Assembly: GCA_964016885.1 (NCBI GenBank) | Contig: OZ024754.1 | Span: 23,684,001 to 23,748,000 of the forward strand | Source of the DNA: Eledone cirrhosa | Taxonomy: Eukaryota | DNA length: 64,000 bases | Direction of reading: 5' to 3' | Part shown: positions 38,750 to 52,354 of the stretch, in pieces | How the letters are laid out: every line of letters starts with the position of its first letter | Position numbering within the stretch: the first letter of the stretch is position 1 | Program-made: the position numbers and the translations under genes | Notes under the pieces: model-generated | What the model saw: only the letters and a program-made list of their open reading frames with translations | Databases searched by the model: none | What the model was told of the DNA's origin: nothing

Positions 38750-40878
38750 ACGTACGAACCTGCATACTCACGCAGACGCAAAACTCCCGTATACACTTAG
38801 CCAAACCCTAAATACCAGAATATATAAAAATTATACGCCATAACAATCAAATATACGTACGAGAAGGTATACATACCTTCACAAAACATACGGGTAATAT
38901 ATACTTACCTATGCAAATAAGTAAAGGAATAAACAAAACATATACTTAGCTCCCACATCAAGACGTAAAATATCCACGTATAGATCGTACTATCCGTTAG
39001 GGTATAACGTGGGGCTGTAATACAGGAAAGTTTTGTGCAATTTATGTTTACAAGCCGAAATTACCTCAGAATTTTTGTTTAAGATGTGGTCTGTGGCGTA
39101 GAGTATTTCCAGGGCCTCAGCGGCGCAGAGGTCACATGGTCTTTTATTTCCGTTATACGATCTAGCCCTAGCTAGGATCTCCCAGTGTAACTTATATTGG
39201 GTGTGGTTGTCTTTTAGACTCCAGATATAAGCTGAAAGTGACGTCATATTCCTTCTTAGAGGGTAACGAAAAGAATGGGTATGCATGTAAAGACGCTGCT
39301 TGAAACTATTGGCGGTTAACCCTATGTAGGCCCTACGGGACGTGGGTGTTACAACCTTACATTTGTAGACAATGTTACTAGAGAGGCATTTCCCGGATAG
39401 GGGGCAATCAGCCCGATTCCTACAATTACAGTTAGTACTAACTACAGGGTTGCACGTGTTCCTACGGCTAGGTAGTTTAGCTAAATTTGAAGCTGTGATG
39501 TTATGTGCAAGGTTAGGAGTCGTAGAGTAAGAAATTTTAATAGTATTTCTATTAAAAATTTTACTATATTTATGTGTAGGGGGAAAATGCTTCGTAAAGA
39601 AAGATCTTAGCTAATGGTGTGGCCACCTCCATATTACATGGTGGGTTAAACCAACAAATGCGACGGGATCTATTTCTTCTAGGTCTATTTTCGTACTCTG
39701 TATATGCTACCTTATCGACAAATCCACTTCGAGCAAGAGCTTCATTGTAATAAGTGGAATGGTCGTTGAAAATGCGCTCGTTGGTGGAAAGACGGGAAAG
39801 CCTCAACGAAACGTTTCTTACCAGGTTCTTGGTTATGCTGGCAGGATGGTTGGAATGCTTACTTATGTAATTAAGCGTATCATTCGGCTTTCTATACGGG
39901 TAATACAACCCATTCAATAAATTGAGGGTAACGTCGAGGTAATTAACGACCGAGAGATTGGCCTCAACCTGTATAGAGAGGCTGAAGCCTTTAAAGAAGG
40001 CTGTGAGTTCTTTTCTGAACCTGTCGCAAGCACGAGGTCCGCACTTAGTCATGGTCAAAAGACCATCGTCACGGTACAAACCACCGCCCACGTTGGGGAA
40101 TTCGTCCTTGATAGAGAAAAGAAGGAAAAGGCCAATAAGATCAGTAACCTCCGCAGAGTCACTGGCGCCCATACTCACGTCGAATGGGGTACTATTGGAT
40201 TTTTTTATCCAAATAGAGTCGTCGAAATTAATCACCGACTTTCGGGCATTAAGGATGACATCAACTTCGAAATCCTTAACCACTGTGAGTGTTTTAGCGA
40301 AATTGATAGCTCTAAGGAGAAGTGGTAAAGTGGTGGAGGAGTAGTAATTGGTGATGTCGAATTGGATAAAACGGCAATGTTCCTTGTTACATATGCCGTT
40401 GAATCACCGCGAAAGAATTGTTCCACAGTGCAAGAGGGGCCAAACTTCTAATTTCAGGTATAATTCTATCAAGAATCGTTTTACTAAGTCTACCTAAATC
40501 GGACTTCGTAGGGTTAATAAGCCGAATAGAGGGGTTGTTCGGAAAATTGGATTTGTGATCCTTCAGGGTAAAGTGGGGAGAAATAGGGTCCAGAGGTTCG
40601 GTCCGGTCCAGAATGTTGAGATCAGATGTGATTTTAAACCCAGCATCGTTGATTTCATTGATGACGCACCGATTAGTTTTACGGTAATCCTTAGTTACAG
40701 CATTATGTAGTAGTTGATGGTAAGTACTGCGCTCCACGATATAGGTTGCCAGTTTTGTCGGAATGGACGTGCACGGCGTTAGAATCATTAATAGAACGAA
40801 TTCTATTCTTAAGGTCTTGCTGGGAGGAATTGCTCCTATTCCGAAATTTGATACTCCGAATGAGTTCCAATACATCAT
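38750..40878 (-). mobile_element. Penelope-like element (Naiad-like) RT plus GIY-YIG, frameshifted and 5'-truncated
   Basis: SDKTGNLY, RLINPTKS, FDITNYY, FDVSMGA, GLYRDDGL, NYLDVTL, WFNPP, CNC..CP..C linker, IVY/YIG and CDLC..CKH. Confidence 0.92.
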
Positions 40879-40896
40879 TTATATATATATATATAT

Positions 40897-41022
40897 AGGA
40901 ACCAGTAAGAGCCCGACAGCTGAGCTCAAGCCGTTTCGGCGGCTAATTCTGGACTAAATTAGTAGTCCAGAATTAGCCGTCGAAACGGCTTGAGCTCAGC
41001 TGTCGGGGTCTTACTGGTTCCT
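40897..41022. repeat. Hairpin of two inverted family A termini (60-bp arms, 6-nt spacer)
   Basis: 40897-40956 is the reverse complement of 40963-41022 (2 mismatches). Each arm holds the 3' half of HHR family A. Confidence 0.9.
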
Positions 41023-41100
41023 ATTACCCACTCTACTACCCCAAGTATTGAGTACTTTGGTGCGTTATGGTCCACCTGGTTCCTTACCACATTTCCTTCG

Positions 41101-41870
<770 letters not shown>

Positions 41871-43179
41871 GGCGTGGAACTCATCAGATTGGACCAAGGA
41901 AACAATGTTTCCATTGGTCTTTCCAATTGATGATATTGAATCAGATTAGAAAGAGAGAAAAAAAATAGAGAATATATTTATTTGCTGCTGTGTTGCCAAA
42001 CGATGCCAAAAGTCATTGACCTGCATCTTTGGACAAGAAGGTCACTGAAGCGTCACTCACAGAAGCTGATACAGCAGCCAGCTTGACAGCCGATATAGGT
42101 AGCACCAACAATTATCACTACCATTAACAAGAGGAAGGCAACGACAAAAACAGTGACAATAACGACCCGCATCTCCGTCTAAAGAAGGCGTTCGAGCCCC
42201 AGCAACCAGCCTGGCAGCCTGAATAGGTAGCAGTTTTAACTACCACCACCATCAGCAAGAGTAAGGCAGTGATAGCAGCGGTGACATTAACAACAACATA
42301 TATGTGTATACACCAACAGCTTACCAGCAAAGACTACCACTACCATTAACAGGACGAAGCCAACTCCATCATCAGTGACAATAACAACAACACATCTTTT
42401 CAGGATTGAAAGACTGATCTTTAGCCACATGGTTCTATGAGAGACTGCTACCATGCTCGCATGTGTGCCTGCTGAACGCTGGGTCTTCCCGCTAGGAACA
42501 TCCCCTTGTTTTCTTTTTTGTATATTCATCCATTCATTCATTTATTTATTTGCTAACATTCTACCTTCTTGTGTGTCCCCCTCCATGCACCCCTTCTTTT
42601 CTCTCTTGTCTTCTGATGTAGGTGAGCTATGAGGCCCTCTTATCAGCACTTTCCTTTCCACCCATACATTTGTGCCTGGCCACTCACCCCTGATGCTACT
42701 TCGAGCCCCACGCTCCATCCTCCATCCCCACCAGTCAACACCTGCAGCACCTCGGATAGTGGAGATGCAGAAACTGTCTCTTCGCCTCGTTTGCCCAGCC
42801 ACGGCCGTCTAGCACACCGCCAGATGAGACAGCGAGCTTGCCTGGTGCCCAAGCGTCGCTGGTCATCATCGCTCTGCTCAGGCGGTGCCAGTAGATCCCA
42901 CTCAGGATCCCGGGTGCCGGTAGCCGATGCCCTTGGTTCCTCAATTGAGAGTGCCTCAATTGAGAGTGCCAATCGAACAAGCGACTGGGTTGGACTCTTC
43001 TAATTCTCTCCCTCGGCCTCCCCATCTCTGGCGCTGTCCAAGGCGGCCGGTCGACAGCAACTTTTGTCAACGCCAATGTTTCTTCCTTTGGGCAAGTGCC
43101 CATTCCAAGCATGCCTGAGGACACCACACACCCGACTCTCGAGTGCCCCCAATCCTCCACCCCTGATACAGCACCAAGC

Positions 43180-43730
43180 ATTTACGTGACTGTGTAAACG
43201 CCAAATTAATCATGGGTGATGTCTCGGCTGCAGTCAGAGTGGTTGCCTCAGAGGACACTGTCCCCCAATCTACCGAGGAGGTCCTGGCTGCCCTGCGACT
43301 CAAGCACCCTGAACCACTCGCTGATCTCAGACACATAACCCCACCCAATCCCCACTTGCTCCTTCTGGCTTCCAATGCAGACATCATGTCCGCCATCAAG
43401 TCCTTCCCAGCTAGCAATAGCGGAGGGGCTGATGGTATCAGGCCTGGCCACCTCAAGGAGTTGCTATCCCCCCTCTCCGCTGTTGCTGGGCGTTGTCTTC
43501 TGAGTGCAATTGTGGCACTCACCAATAGGCTAATCCATGGCGCCCTGGACCCTCATGCCCAAGGCCGCTTTTTCAGCTAGCCTAACCGCTCTCAGGAAGA
43601 AAGAGGGTGGCATACACCCCATCTCTGTAGGCAATGTCTTCCAAGGACTGGCTGCCAAGCAGGGCTGCAGGTCCATAACACATGAACTGTGTGAGGAGTT
43701 CAGTCCGGTGCAACTGGGGAGCTGCACATT
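43180..43730 (+). mobile_element. CRE-clade non-LTR retrotransposon RT N-terminal remnant
   Basis: GDVSAAVR..LRLKHP..SGGADGIRPGHLKEL..LTALRKKEGGIHPISVG..LAAK..PVQLG. Confidence 0.7.
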
Positions 43731-44098
43731 AGTTCTTCAACAGCTGCCAAACGGAAGTGGCATCCAGGGACTCCAGGCCCCTCATTGTCAATGTGGTTGG
43801 CATTAGGAAGGGCATCCAGCCATAGGAAACCAGCCAGAAACACCCGTATATGAGCTGTCACGCTCACCCGACACAACTTGCCCCAAATATGACCTGTGTA
43901 ACCCATGGAAGATAGATGTTAATCGATGATGGTGATGATGATGATGATATATATGTAGTGTATACATAGTATGTATATGATAAATGCTGTAGTGTATACA
44001 TAGTATGTATATGATAAATGCTGGTGTCAAGCTGTTTCAGCCATTCCTCTGGACATTATATATAGTGTATGTATGTAGTATATATATATATATATGTG

Positions 44099-44584
44099 TG
44101 TAGCGACGTGGTTAGTTAGTCTGGTCACTACTTCTGATCAGATCCGAGAATAGCCCTTAAAAGGACTGTTATCGCATACGGTCTGATCGGATTTGAGTGT
44201 AGCCCTTAAAAGGACTGTTGTCTCATACGATAAGGATGAACAGACGAAAGCACAAGTTGAAAGCACGAGCAATGCGAGAGATGTAGTTTCGGTCAGCTAT
44301 TTATTTTCATACATGAAGCGACGATACCGAGGTACAAGGCGTGTGTGAGTGACAAACCTGGCAGAGGAGAGGAACAACGATACGCGACTTGACTCTGCCA
44401 AAGTCGTTTGGCGAAAGTGTTTGGAATCACTCTATTTATACAAAAATAATCGTTTGATGTTTGGCCGCTGCGTAGGCGTTTTATATTGGTGGCTTTAAGG
44501 GTTGTTTGTTTCACGGTGAGGTAGCTAGCTAAGCAGATAAATGGAGCTGTTTATTTCACAGATGTTATTTCCGGTGGCTGTACA
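44099..44584 (-). mobile_element. Solo LTR (Gypsy family of 62371-64000)
   Basis: TGTA...TACA in (TA)n, matching 62371-62853. TATAAAA and AATAAA on the minus strand. Confidence 0.85.
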
Positions 44585-44624
<40 letters not shown>

Positions 44625-44723
44625 GTGTATATAATAGTTGTAATGTCACGGGTGCTGATCTATATCAGCCTTTTCCATGGACAACATGATATATAGTCTA
44701 TATATATTGGACAATATTATATA

Positions 44724-44888
44724 GAGGGTCGGACGCCATGCTTTGACGCATAGAGTTACGGCCCTTGCTATTCTGAGTTCAAATGCCGCCGGGTTAACTT
44801 TGCCTTTCATCCTTACGGGGTCGATAAAATAAAGTACCAGTAATGCACCAGGGGATTGCTGGCCTTGTGCCAAAAGTAGAAACAATTA
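44724..44888 (+). mobile_element. tRNA-derived SINE (5'-truncated)
   Basis: Same family as 22776. Absent from the paralogous site at ~56970. Confidence 0.7.
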
Positions 44889-45062
44889 TATATAGTGTAT
44901 ATGTGGTGTATAGTAGTTGTGACAATATTCTATATACATATGTACACACACACTGACAAACATGTATATACATATAGAAGGGTCGGGTGTGGAGTTCATA
45001 AACTAACCAAGTTACTCTCATTGAATGAGACAATGTATACACATAAATATATACTATGTATA

Positions 45063-48000
45063 TGTAGCGGCCCCTTACGGCTGACTCAGCACGTATGGGA
45101 GTTGCGTCCCTTTACGACGGTCGTAACTTAGTACCTATAGGAGTTACGTCCCTTTGCGACAGGCGCGACTCCCATTGGCACATTCATGTACTAAATGGAG
45201 TTGCGTCCCCCTGGGAACTATATATTTGAGGACTGTCAAGGCATAAGTCTCTCTCGCATCCTGAACTTCGAAGGGAGAACAAGAACACCTGAGACCTTGT
45301 CAAGAGATGACTCCTGTCTCACTTCCTTCGCCCGCAAGAAGAAGAATACCGTCAGCCTAAAGAAATACTTGAACACCTCCAAGAGAAGATTTCTGTTCTT
45401 CTCTACACACTCCAGTCTGGGAGTTGTGACCAACTGAACATCTACATGTGGTAACAAATTATTTACATCAATTTATTTGACTTCTGTGAAGTAAAACCTT
45501 GTCACAACACTCACCTGCATTTATTGTCATTCTTGATAATATATATATACACTGATACTAATATGCTAAATTGGTGACCTGACGTTTTTTAAAAAAAAAA
45601 ATTTTTTTAAATGGGAAATAGTACCATGTGTATATAAAAAAAAAAGAGAGAGAGAAAAATATTTAATACAGAACAACACACTTGATTCTGGTATGGCTGT
45701 ATTGACCGATCTAAACATATTTCTCTGTAACACTTAACATCAAAATCTTCATATGTGCAAAACGAACACCCAAAGTTATTTACACACAAACAAACAGCAA
45801 TTGTATGAATGTTTTTTTCTTTTTTTTCTTCTTTTCTTCTTTTCTCTGGCTAAAAATTTTGAGGATGACAAGATGGCGGCTTTCTTCTCCATCAGTTTTT
45901 GGCGCGAAATAGTCCGCCATGTTGGCTTTAGTTTTAAATTCCATACCTATACCTTATTAATGACATCGCTCGGTTAGTCGCCCCTTTGCATATTGTCTCG
46001 GATGCATTCTTTTTCCTGTCCAGTTGTTTGACAGAGAAAAATAAGCGATTTTGTTTTTCTTTTCTGTTGTCTTGGAGACATTTTTCCAAACGGAGACGAT
46101 TTTTTTTTGGGGGGGGGGGGGGGGGGCAATATTACCTACGGTATAACAATGGCATCTCATTCAGCCATTATGATGATGCAGGAGTCCATTCAGGAACTCA
46201 CCCTGGAGCTCCAGAAGATGAAGGTCTGGTTTGGTGCCCTTTCGCGCCCCTCAGCCGCGGGAGATCGCAATCTTTTAGACATTGTTCCAAGTCACCAGCT
46301 TCATCTTTATGTTGGTACCATGAGCGATTTGCCGAGAGCACGAACCACTGCGTGCAACCTTGCTCGTTTCATAAGGCGGGAAACGCCAGAGAGGTCCGCT
46401 GACGGGGGCAGTTGACCTCAACATAAAGCCACCAAACCGCCACTTCTTCATTAAGGACCTTAGGTCGGGAAGAGATTTCCTCGTGGATACAGGAGCCTCC
46501 TGTTGTATTTAGCCGGTCCATTGCCTGAAAGATACCCCCGTAGAGCCATCCGTTACTCTGCAGGCAGTTAATCACTCGTCTATAAAGACGTACGGGCAAA
46601 TCTCGCTTCCTCTTAAGTTCCTAAATCTTCGTAGGGATTTTAAGTGGATTTTTACGGTTGCCGATTTGCCATACCCTATCTTTGGAGCGGATTTCCTCCA
46701 CAACTTCTCTTTGACTGTGGACGTCTGTGGCCAACGCCTGGTGGATTACATCACCGGTTTTTCAATTCGTGGCCGGAAAGCCCCATATTATTCATCGCTG
46801 CCGCTGGAGACGCCTACCATTCGTTGCTAGGTTCTTTCCCGGAGCTCACCGATGGAAATTTTCGAGTCACTGAGCCAACACACTCAACTGAATATTTCGT
46901 TTCCACCACCGGTGCTCCAGTGTTTTCGCGTCCACGCCGCTTACCGGCGGACAAATTAAAGGCAGCACGGTCCGAGTTCGACCATATGCTGCAGCTGGGC
47001 ATTATTCGTCCATCTACGAGTCCTTGGGCTTCACCGTTACACATGGTGCCCAAGACTTCCGGCGACTGGAGACCCACTGGGGATTATAGAAGGTTAAATG
47101 CCATGACCGTCCCGGATAGGTATCCCATTCCCCATCTCCAGGATTTCGCATTTTCACTGCAGGGGTGTAAGATTTTCTCAAAACTAGATTTAGTGCGAGC
47201 CTACCACCAAATTCCGGTCGAGAAGGAGGATATTCCGAAAACGGCGATTACAACTCCTTTCGGATCCTTCGAATTTTTTACCATGCCTTTCGGACTCAGG
47301 ACCGCCGCTAGCACTTTTCAGCGGTTCATACACGAAGTCACTCGTGATCTGGACTTCGTTTATGCTTACATAGACGATATTCTCGTCGCTAGTTCCTCTC
47401 CGGAAGAGCATATGCGCCACATGCATCTCTTATTTCGGTGACTTCAGGATTACCGCGTTCGTGTGAATCCCGCAAAGTGTGTTTTCGGTTCCACTTCGCT
47501 AAATTTTTTAGGCCACTTCATCGACGCCGAAGGTATTAGGCCGCTCCCTCAGCGAGTTCAAGCCATACAGGATTTACCTCCGCCTACTACACTTCACCAG
47601 TTGCGTTACTTCTTAGGTCTAATCAATTTCTATAGGCGTTTCGTTCCTCATTGTGCTAATTTGCTATCTTCCCTTACTGACATATTGAAAAATAGTCGTA
47701 AGAAGAATGAGGATATTTCCTTGACATAAGGACAGCTTCAAGACTTCCAGACTGCCAAGACAGCACTCGCTAGTTCATCTTTGCTAGCCCACCCGGTACC
47801 AGAGGCCAAGATTTCGCTTTGTGTTGATGCATCTGATACCGCCGTGGGAGCAGTTTTACAGCAGTTCAACGCTGGAAACCAACAACCTTTGACATTTTTC
47901 TCGAGGAAGCTGAAACCAGCAGAAACGCGTTACAGCACGTTTGGGCGGGAATTATTAGCCATAGATCTGTCGGTAAAACATTTCTCTCATATTCTTGAAA

Positions 48001-50195
48001 GGAGAAATGTTACAGTTTTAACCGACCACAAACCTCTGACCTTCGCTTTGAGGGCTAAAGCCGACAGATATTCGCCCAGGGAGACAAGGCACCTGGACTA
48101 CGTTTAGCAATTTACAAATGATATCCAGCACATTGCTGGCTCACATAACATAGCTGCAGACGCATTGTCACGTTTGCCAATCAGCTCCATCTCGTCATCC
48201 CAGGAGATCTACTTAGGGCGTTTCGCTGCAGACCAACCTGCACTCCAATCGTTGGATACTCTTTCTGCCGAATTTGCGACTTGCATCTTCAAATATCTGC
48301 CCTTGTCGACCACCGACAGGCAGATTCTATGTGATGTATCTACGGATTCACCACAATCACTTGTTCCTGAGACTCACCGTCGAATTGTGTTCCTTGCTTT
48401 GCACAACATTTCTCACCCAAGAATTTCTGCCACAGTAAAGCTTATAACAGCTAGATTTTTCTGGTCCAATATGAGGCGAGAAATTACTGTCTGGTGCCGT
48501 TCCTGCACACAGTGTCAGAGATCTAAAATCCACAGACACATCCGGACTCCGCTTGGTACTCAGTACTGCTGACGCTCGGTTTCAGCACATACACATTGAT
48601 ATCGTTGGACCTTGGCCATTCAGCAGTGGATGTTCGTACCTCTTGACCTGTATCGATCGTTTTTCGCGATGGCCTGAAGCCATCCCCTTACAAGATATAA
48701 CTGCTGAGACTGTAGCGCGTGCCCTGGTATCAGGGTGGATTACCCGCTTTGGGGTACCAACTACAGTCACCACAGACCGTGGTAGACAATTTGAGTCTCA
48801 TCTTTTCTCTGAGCTAACAAAGATCATTGGCGCTCAACGGATTCGGACCACAACCTATCATCCTGCTTCAAACGGAATGGTGGAACGATTCCACCGCCAA
48901 TTAAAGGCCGCTCTTCGCGCCTATCCAGACTCTCAACATTGGAGCCAGTACCTTCCTATTGTGTTGTTAGGAATTCGGTCATCAATAAAGGAGGACCTTG
49001 GGTTCTCCCCGGCCGAATTACTGTATGGTGCTCCTCTAGCGTTGCCTGGGCAAATGCTTGCCCCTGTTGATCTTGCTTTCCAGGACCCTGTTTCCTACAT
49101 ATCTCGTTTGCGCTCCTATTTTCAGGACTTACCGCCCATGAATACTAGGAAACAAACTGTTAAAGCTGCCGTCGCAAGGGATATTGCCTCGTGGACACAT
49201 GTATTCGTCAGAAACGATGCGGTTACTCCACCCCTCACACAACCGTACTCTGGACCCTACCGTTAGCACGTACTGACAAACATTTCACTGTAGACATTAA
49301 GGGGTCCAGAGAGACAATTTTGGGGGATAGACTAAAAAGGGCATACAATGACGCTCATACACCCGAGCCACAAATACCCCAATCTTTCTCTCTTGTGCAT
49401 ACACCTGCACCTTCTGCCCCACCTTCACCTACATACAAGACCACGACTCGTTCCGGTCGAAGAGTCCACTGGCCCAAAAAACTCTGCCAAACTGTTTTCA
49501 TGTGAACTGGCCACTGGGCCTTATTTTTTTTTGTTTTTCTCGTTATTGTATTACCATGTACCTTTCGTTACCATTTCATGATTCTACCTTCTCGTTACCA
49601 TTTCATGTCTGTGCTGGGAGCCCATGCTTGTGGGTTCGCTACAGTTACCTTCGGGCTTTTCGCCTAGCGTCTGGAGGAGGGTACTGTAGCGGCCCCTTAC
49701 CCCTGTTACTCAGCACGTCTGGGAGTTGCGTCCCTTTACGACGGTCGTAACTCAGTACCTATAGGAGTTACGTCCCTTTGCGACAGGCGCGACCCCCATT
49801 AGCAAATTCATGTACTAAATGGAGTTGCGTCCCCCTGGGGACTATATATTTGAGGACTGTCAAGGCATAAGCCTCTCTCGCATCCTGAACTTCGAAGGGA
49901 CAACAAGAACACCTGAGACCTTGTCAAGAGATGACTCCTGTCTCACTTCCTTCGCCCGCAAGAAGAAGAATACCGGCAGCCTAAAGAAATACTTGAACAC
50001 CTCCAAGAGAAGATTTCTGTTCTTCTCTACACACTCCAGTCTGGGAGTTGTGACTAACTGAACATCTACATGTGGTAACAAATTATTTACATCAATTTAT
50101 TTGACTTCTGTGAAGTAAAACCTTGTCACAACACTCACCTGCATTTATTGTAATTTCTTTATAATATATATATATACACTGATACTAATATCCTG
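45063..50195 (+). mobile_element. Gypsy LTR retrotransposon, decayed
   Basis: LTRs at ~45063-45570 and ~49685-50195 (several mismatches). Degenerate Trp PBS TGGTGACCTGACGT at 45572. PPT TCTGGAGGAGGG. Absent from the paralogous site at ~57145. Confidence 0.92.
46430..49505 (+). pseudogene. pol: Gypsy pol (protease FLVDTGA, RT, RNase H, integrase) with multiple stops and frameshifts
   Basis: ORF pieces 46644-47441, 47463-47729, 47781-48107, 48165-48572, 48553-49266 and 49191-49505, highly similar to 3267-5501. Confidence 0.92.
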
Positions 50196-50225
50196 TATTA
50201 AAGTCATACAGCATTTTCTAATTTA

Positions 50226-50410
50226 ATTGTTTCTACGTTTGGCACAAGGCCAGCAAATATCCAGTGCATTACTGGTACTTTATTTTATCGACCCTGTAAG
50301 GATGAAAGGCAAAGTTAACCTCGGCGGGATTTGAACTCAGAATGGCAAGGACCGTAACTCTATATGTCAAAGCATGGCGTCCAACCCTCTACCAATACTG
50401 CGAATCCACC
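50226..50410 (-). mobile_element. tRNA-derived SINE
   Basis: Reverse complement of the 22776/44724 family. Absent from the paralog at ~57175. Confidence 0.7.
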
Positions 50411-51255
50411 GTATTCTAATATAATGTTTTCAATTCTTAGCCACGGAGATACATTGTGTCCTTAAGCAAGACACATCATTCCACATGTCCCGCATGTTTT
50501 TGTTTTTCATTATTTCATTTCCATTTAAAATAAAGTATTTCCAAAATAAAGTACCAGTAATGCACTGGGTAATTGCTGGCCTTGTGCCTAAAGTAGAAAC
50601 AATTATTTCATTTCCATTTTTTAAATGTTTTATTACCTTTAATAATGTGTTTTGTTTTAATATGAACAGTTATGTAAAATTCCGAATGTTATTTATACAA
50701 ATCTGAACAAATTACTAGCATATTGATTGAACGTGTGAATTAACATAACGGAAGTTGTTTCTGAATGTATTAAATTATATAGGGGACTTTTAAGTCATGT
50801 CACCGGTATCAACTAGACAGTGAAAAATTACCATTTATATCGGATCCATTGTTACAACTTAAATCTAATGTAATTTTATCTTTTATGGTGATTATTTCAT
50901 ATTAAGGTGAACGTTAATGTTTGTAAATAACATAAAGTGACTTATTTACCTTATAGTTGTTGTTTTATCACCTGTATTATTTAATATTGAAGTGGTTGTT
51001 CATCATTTTACTGGACAGGAAAATGTTTTTTTAATCAGAAATCAGTGAACATTTAGTTCTTCCTAATTTTTTTTTTACTTTATATTTGGTCTTGAAAACT
51101 AAAGTACATATTATTTCATTTTCCATCACATCACAAACATAGTGAACTTTTTAACTATCTGAAGTGAAATATCTTGATTTATTACAACTCGTACACACAT
51201 ATTTCTACATACGCACGTTTATTTATTTCTCTCTCTCATACGTACACACTGTATG

Positions 51256-51292
<37 letters not shown>

Positions 51293-51610
51293 TTGTGTGT
51301 ATTTATTAATCTTCATCTTTTGAAATTATGGATATTAATTCTCTTGTCACCTGCACTGTCGTCAATAACAAGTACCTTAAATTACGAAGACTTATTCATT
51401 TGTTTTATGAGCTGAGGATGTTATTGTGAATAGAGCTTCTCTCACTTTAACAAAAATAAAAAAATACACGCACACACACACACATATATAAGCACTTGCT
51501 TTTTCTTCTTCCAAGATCAGTCTTAGGCTTTCATACATCTTATTACTTTACCAACTGAATGCTTCATTTCTTAATATATGAGTGAAAGTGGTGAGGTTCC
51601 TTTATGAAAT

Positions 51611-52210
51611 ATGTCTGAATATAGCTGTGAGATTTGCAGGACAACTTTCTCTTCAAAACTGAAACTATCGTCACACGAGAAAATACACAGTAGAGAAAAA
51701 GCCTTCCACTGTGAAATATGTGGTAAATCTTACACTAATAATTCTGCTCTTGTCATCCACATACGGAGTCAGACTGGAGAAAAACCCTTCCATTGTAAAG
51801 TATGTGGGAAATCTTTTTCTAATAGTTCTCATCTTGTACGTCACGAAAGAACACACACTGGAGAAAAACCCTTTCATTGTGAAATATGTGCGAAATCTTT
51901 TTCTCAGAGTTCTCAACTTGAACCTCACAAAAGAACACACACTGGTGAAAAACCCCTCCATTGTGAAATATGTGGGAAATCTTTTTCTCAGAGTTCTCAT
52001 CTTGAACATCACAAAAGAACACACACTGGTGAAAAACCCTTCCACTGTGAAATATGTGGGAAATCTTTCACCCAGAAGCACAAAAGAAAGCACACAGGAG
52101 AAAAACCTTATTCATGTGAAATATGTGGTAAATCTTTTTCTCAGAGTTCTCATCTTGAACATCACAAAAGAATACACAACAGTGAAAAACCCTTCCATAG
52201 TGAAATATGA
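51611..52210 (+). CDS. C2H2 zinc-finger protein, 7 finger units (2 damaged), possibly pseudogenising
   Basis: TGEKP-linked fingers. Finger 2 has H>Q and finger 6 has a 15-nt deletion. Candidate splice acceptor TTTTCTTCTTCCAAG at ~51515. Confidence 0.7.
   Translation: MSEYSCEICRTTFSSKLKLSSHEKIHSREKAFHCEICGKSYTNNSALVIHIRSQTGEKPFHCKVCGKSFSNSSHLVRHERTHTGEKPFHCEICAKSFSQSSQLEPHKRTHTGEKPLHCEICGKSFSQSSHLEHHKRTHTGEKPFHCEICGKSFTQKHKRKHTGEKPYSCEICGKSFSQSSHLEHHKRIHNSEKPFHSEI

Positions 52211-52354
<144 letters not shown>

Noticed and set aside
38990-39470. Selenoprotein-type PLE (UGA at conserved Cys, as reported for some Naiads)
   Set aside because: The linker and C-terminal cysteines are encoded by TGT/TGC here.
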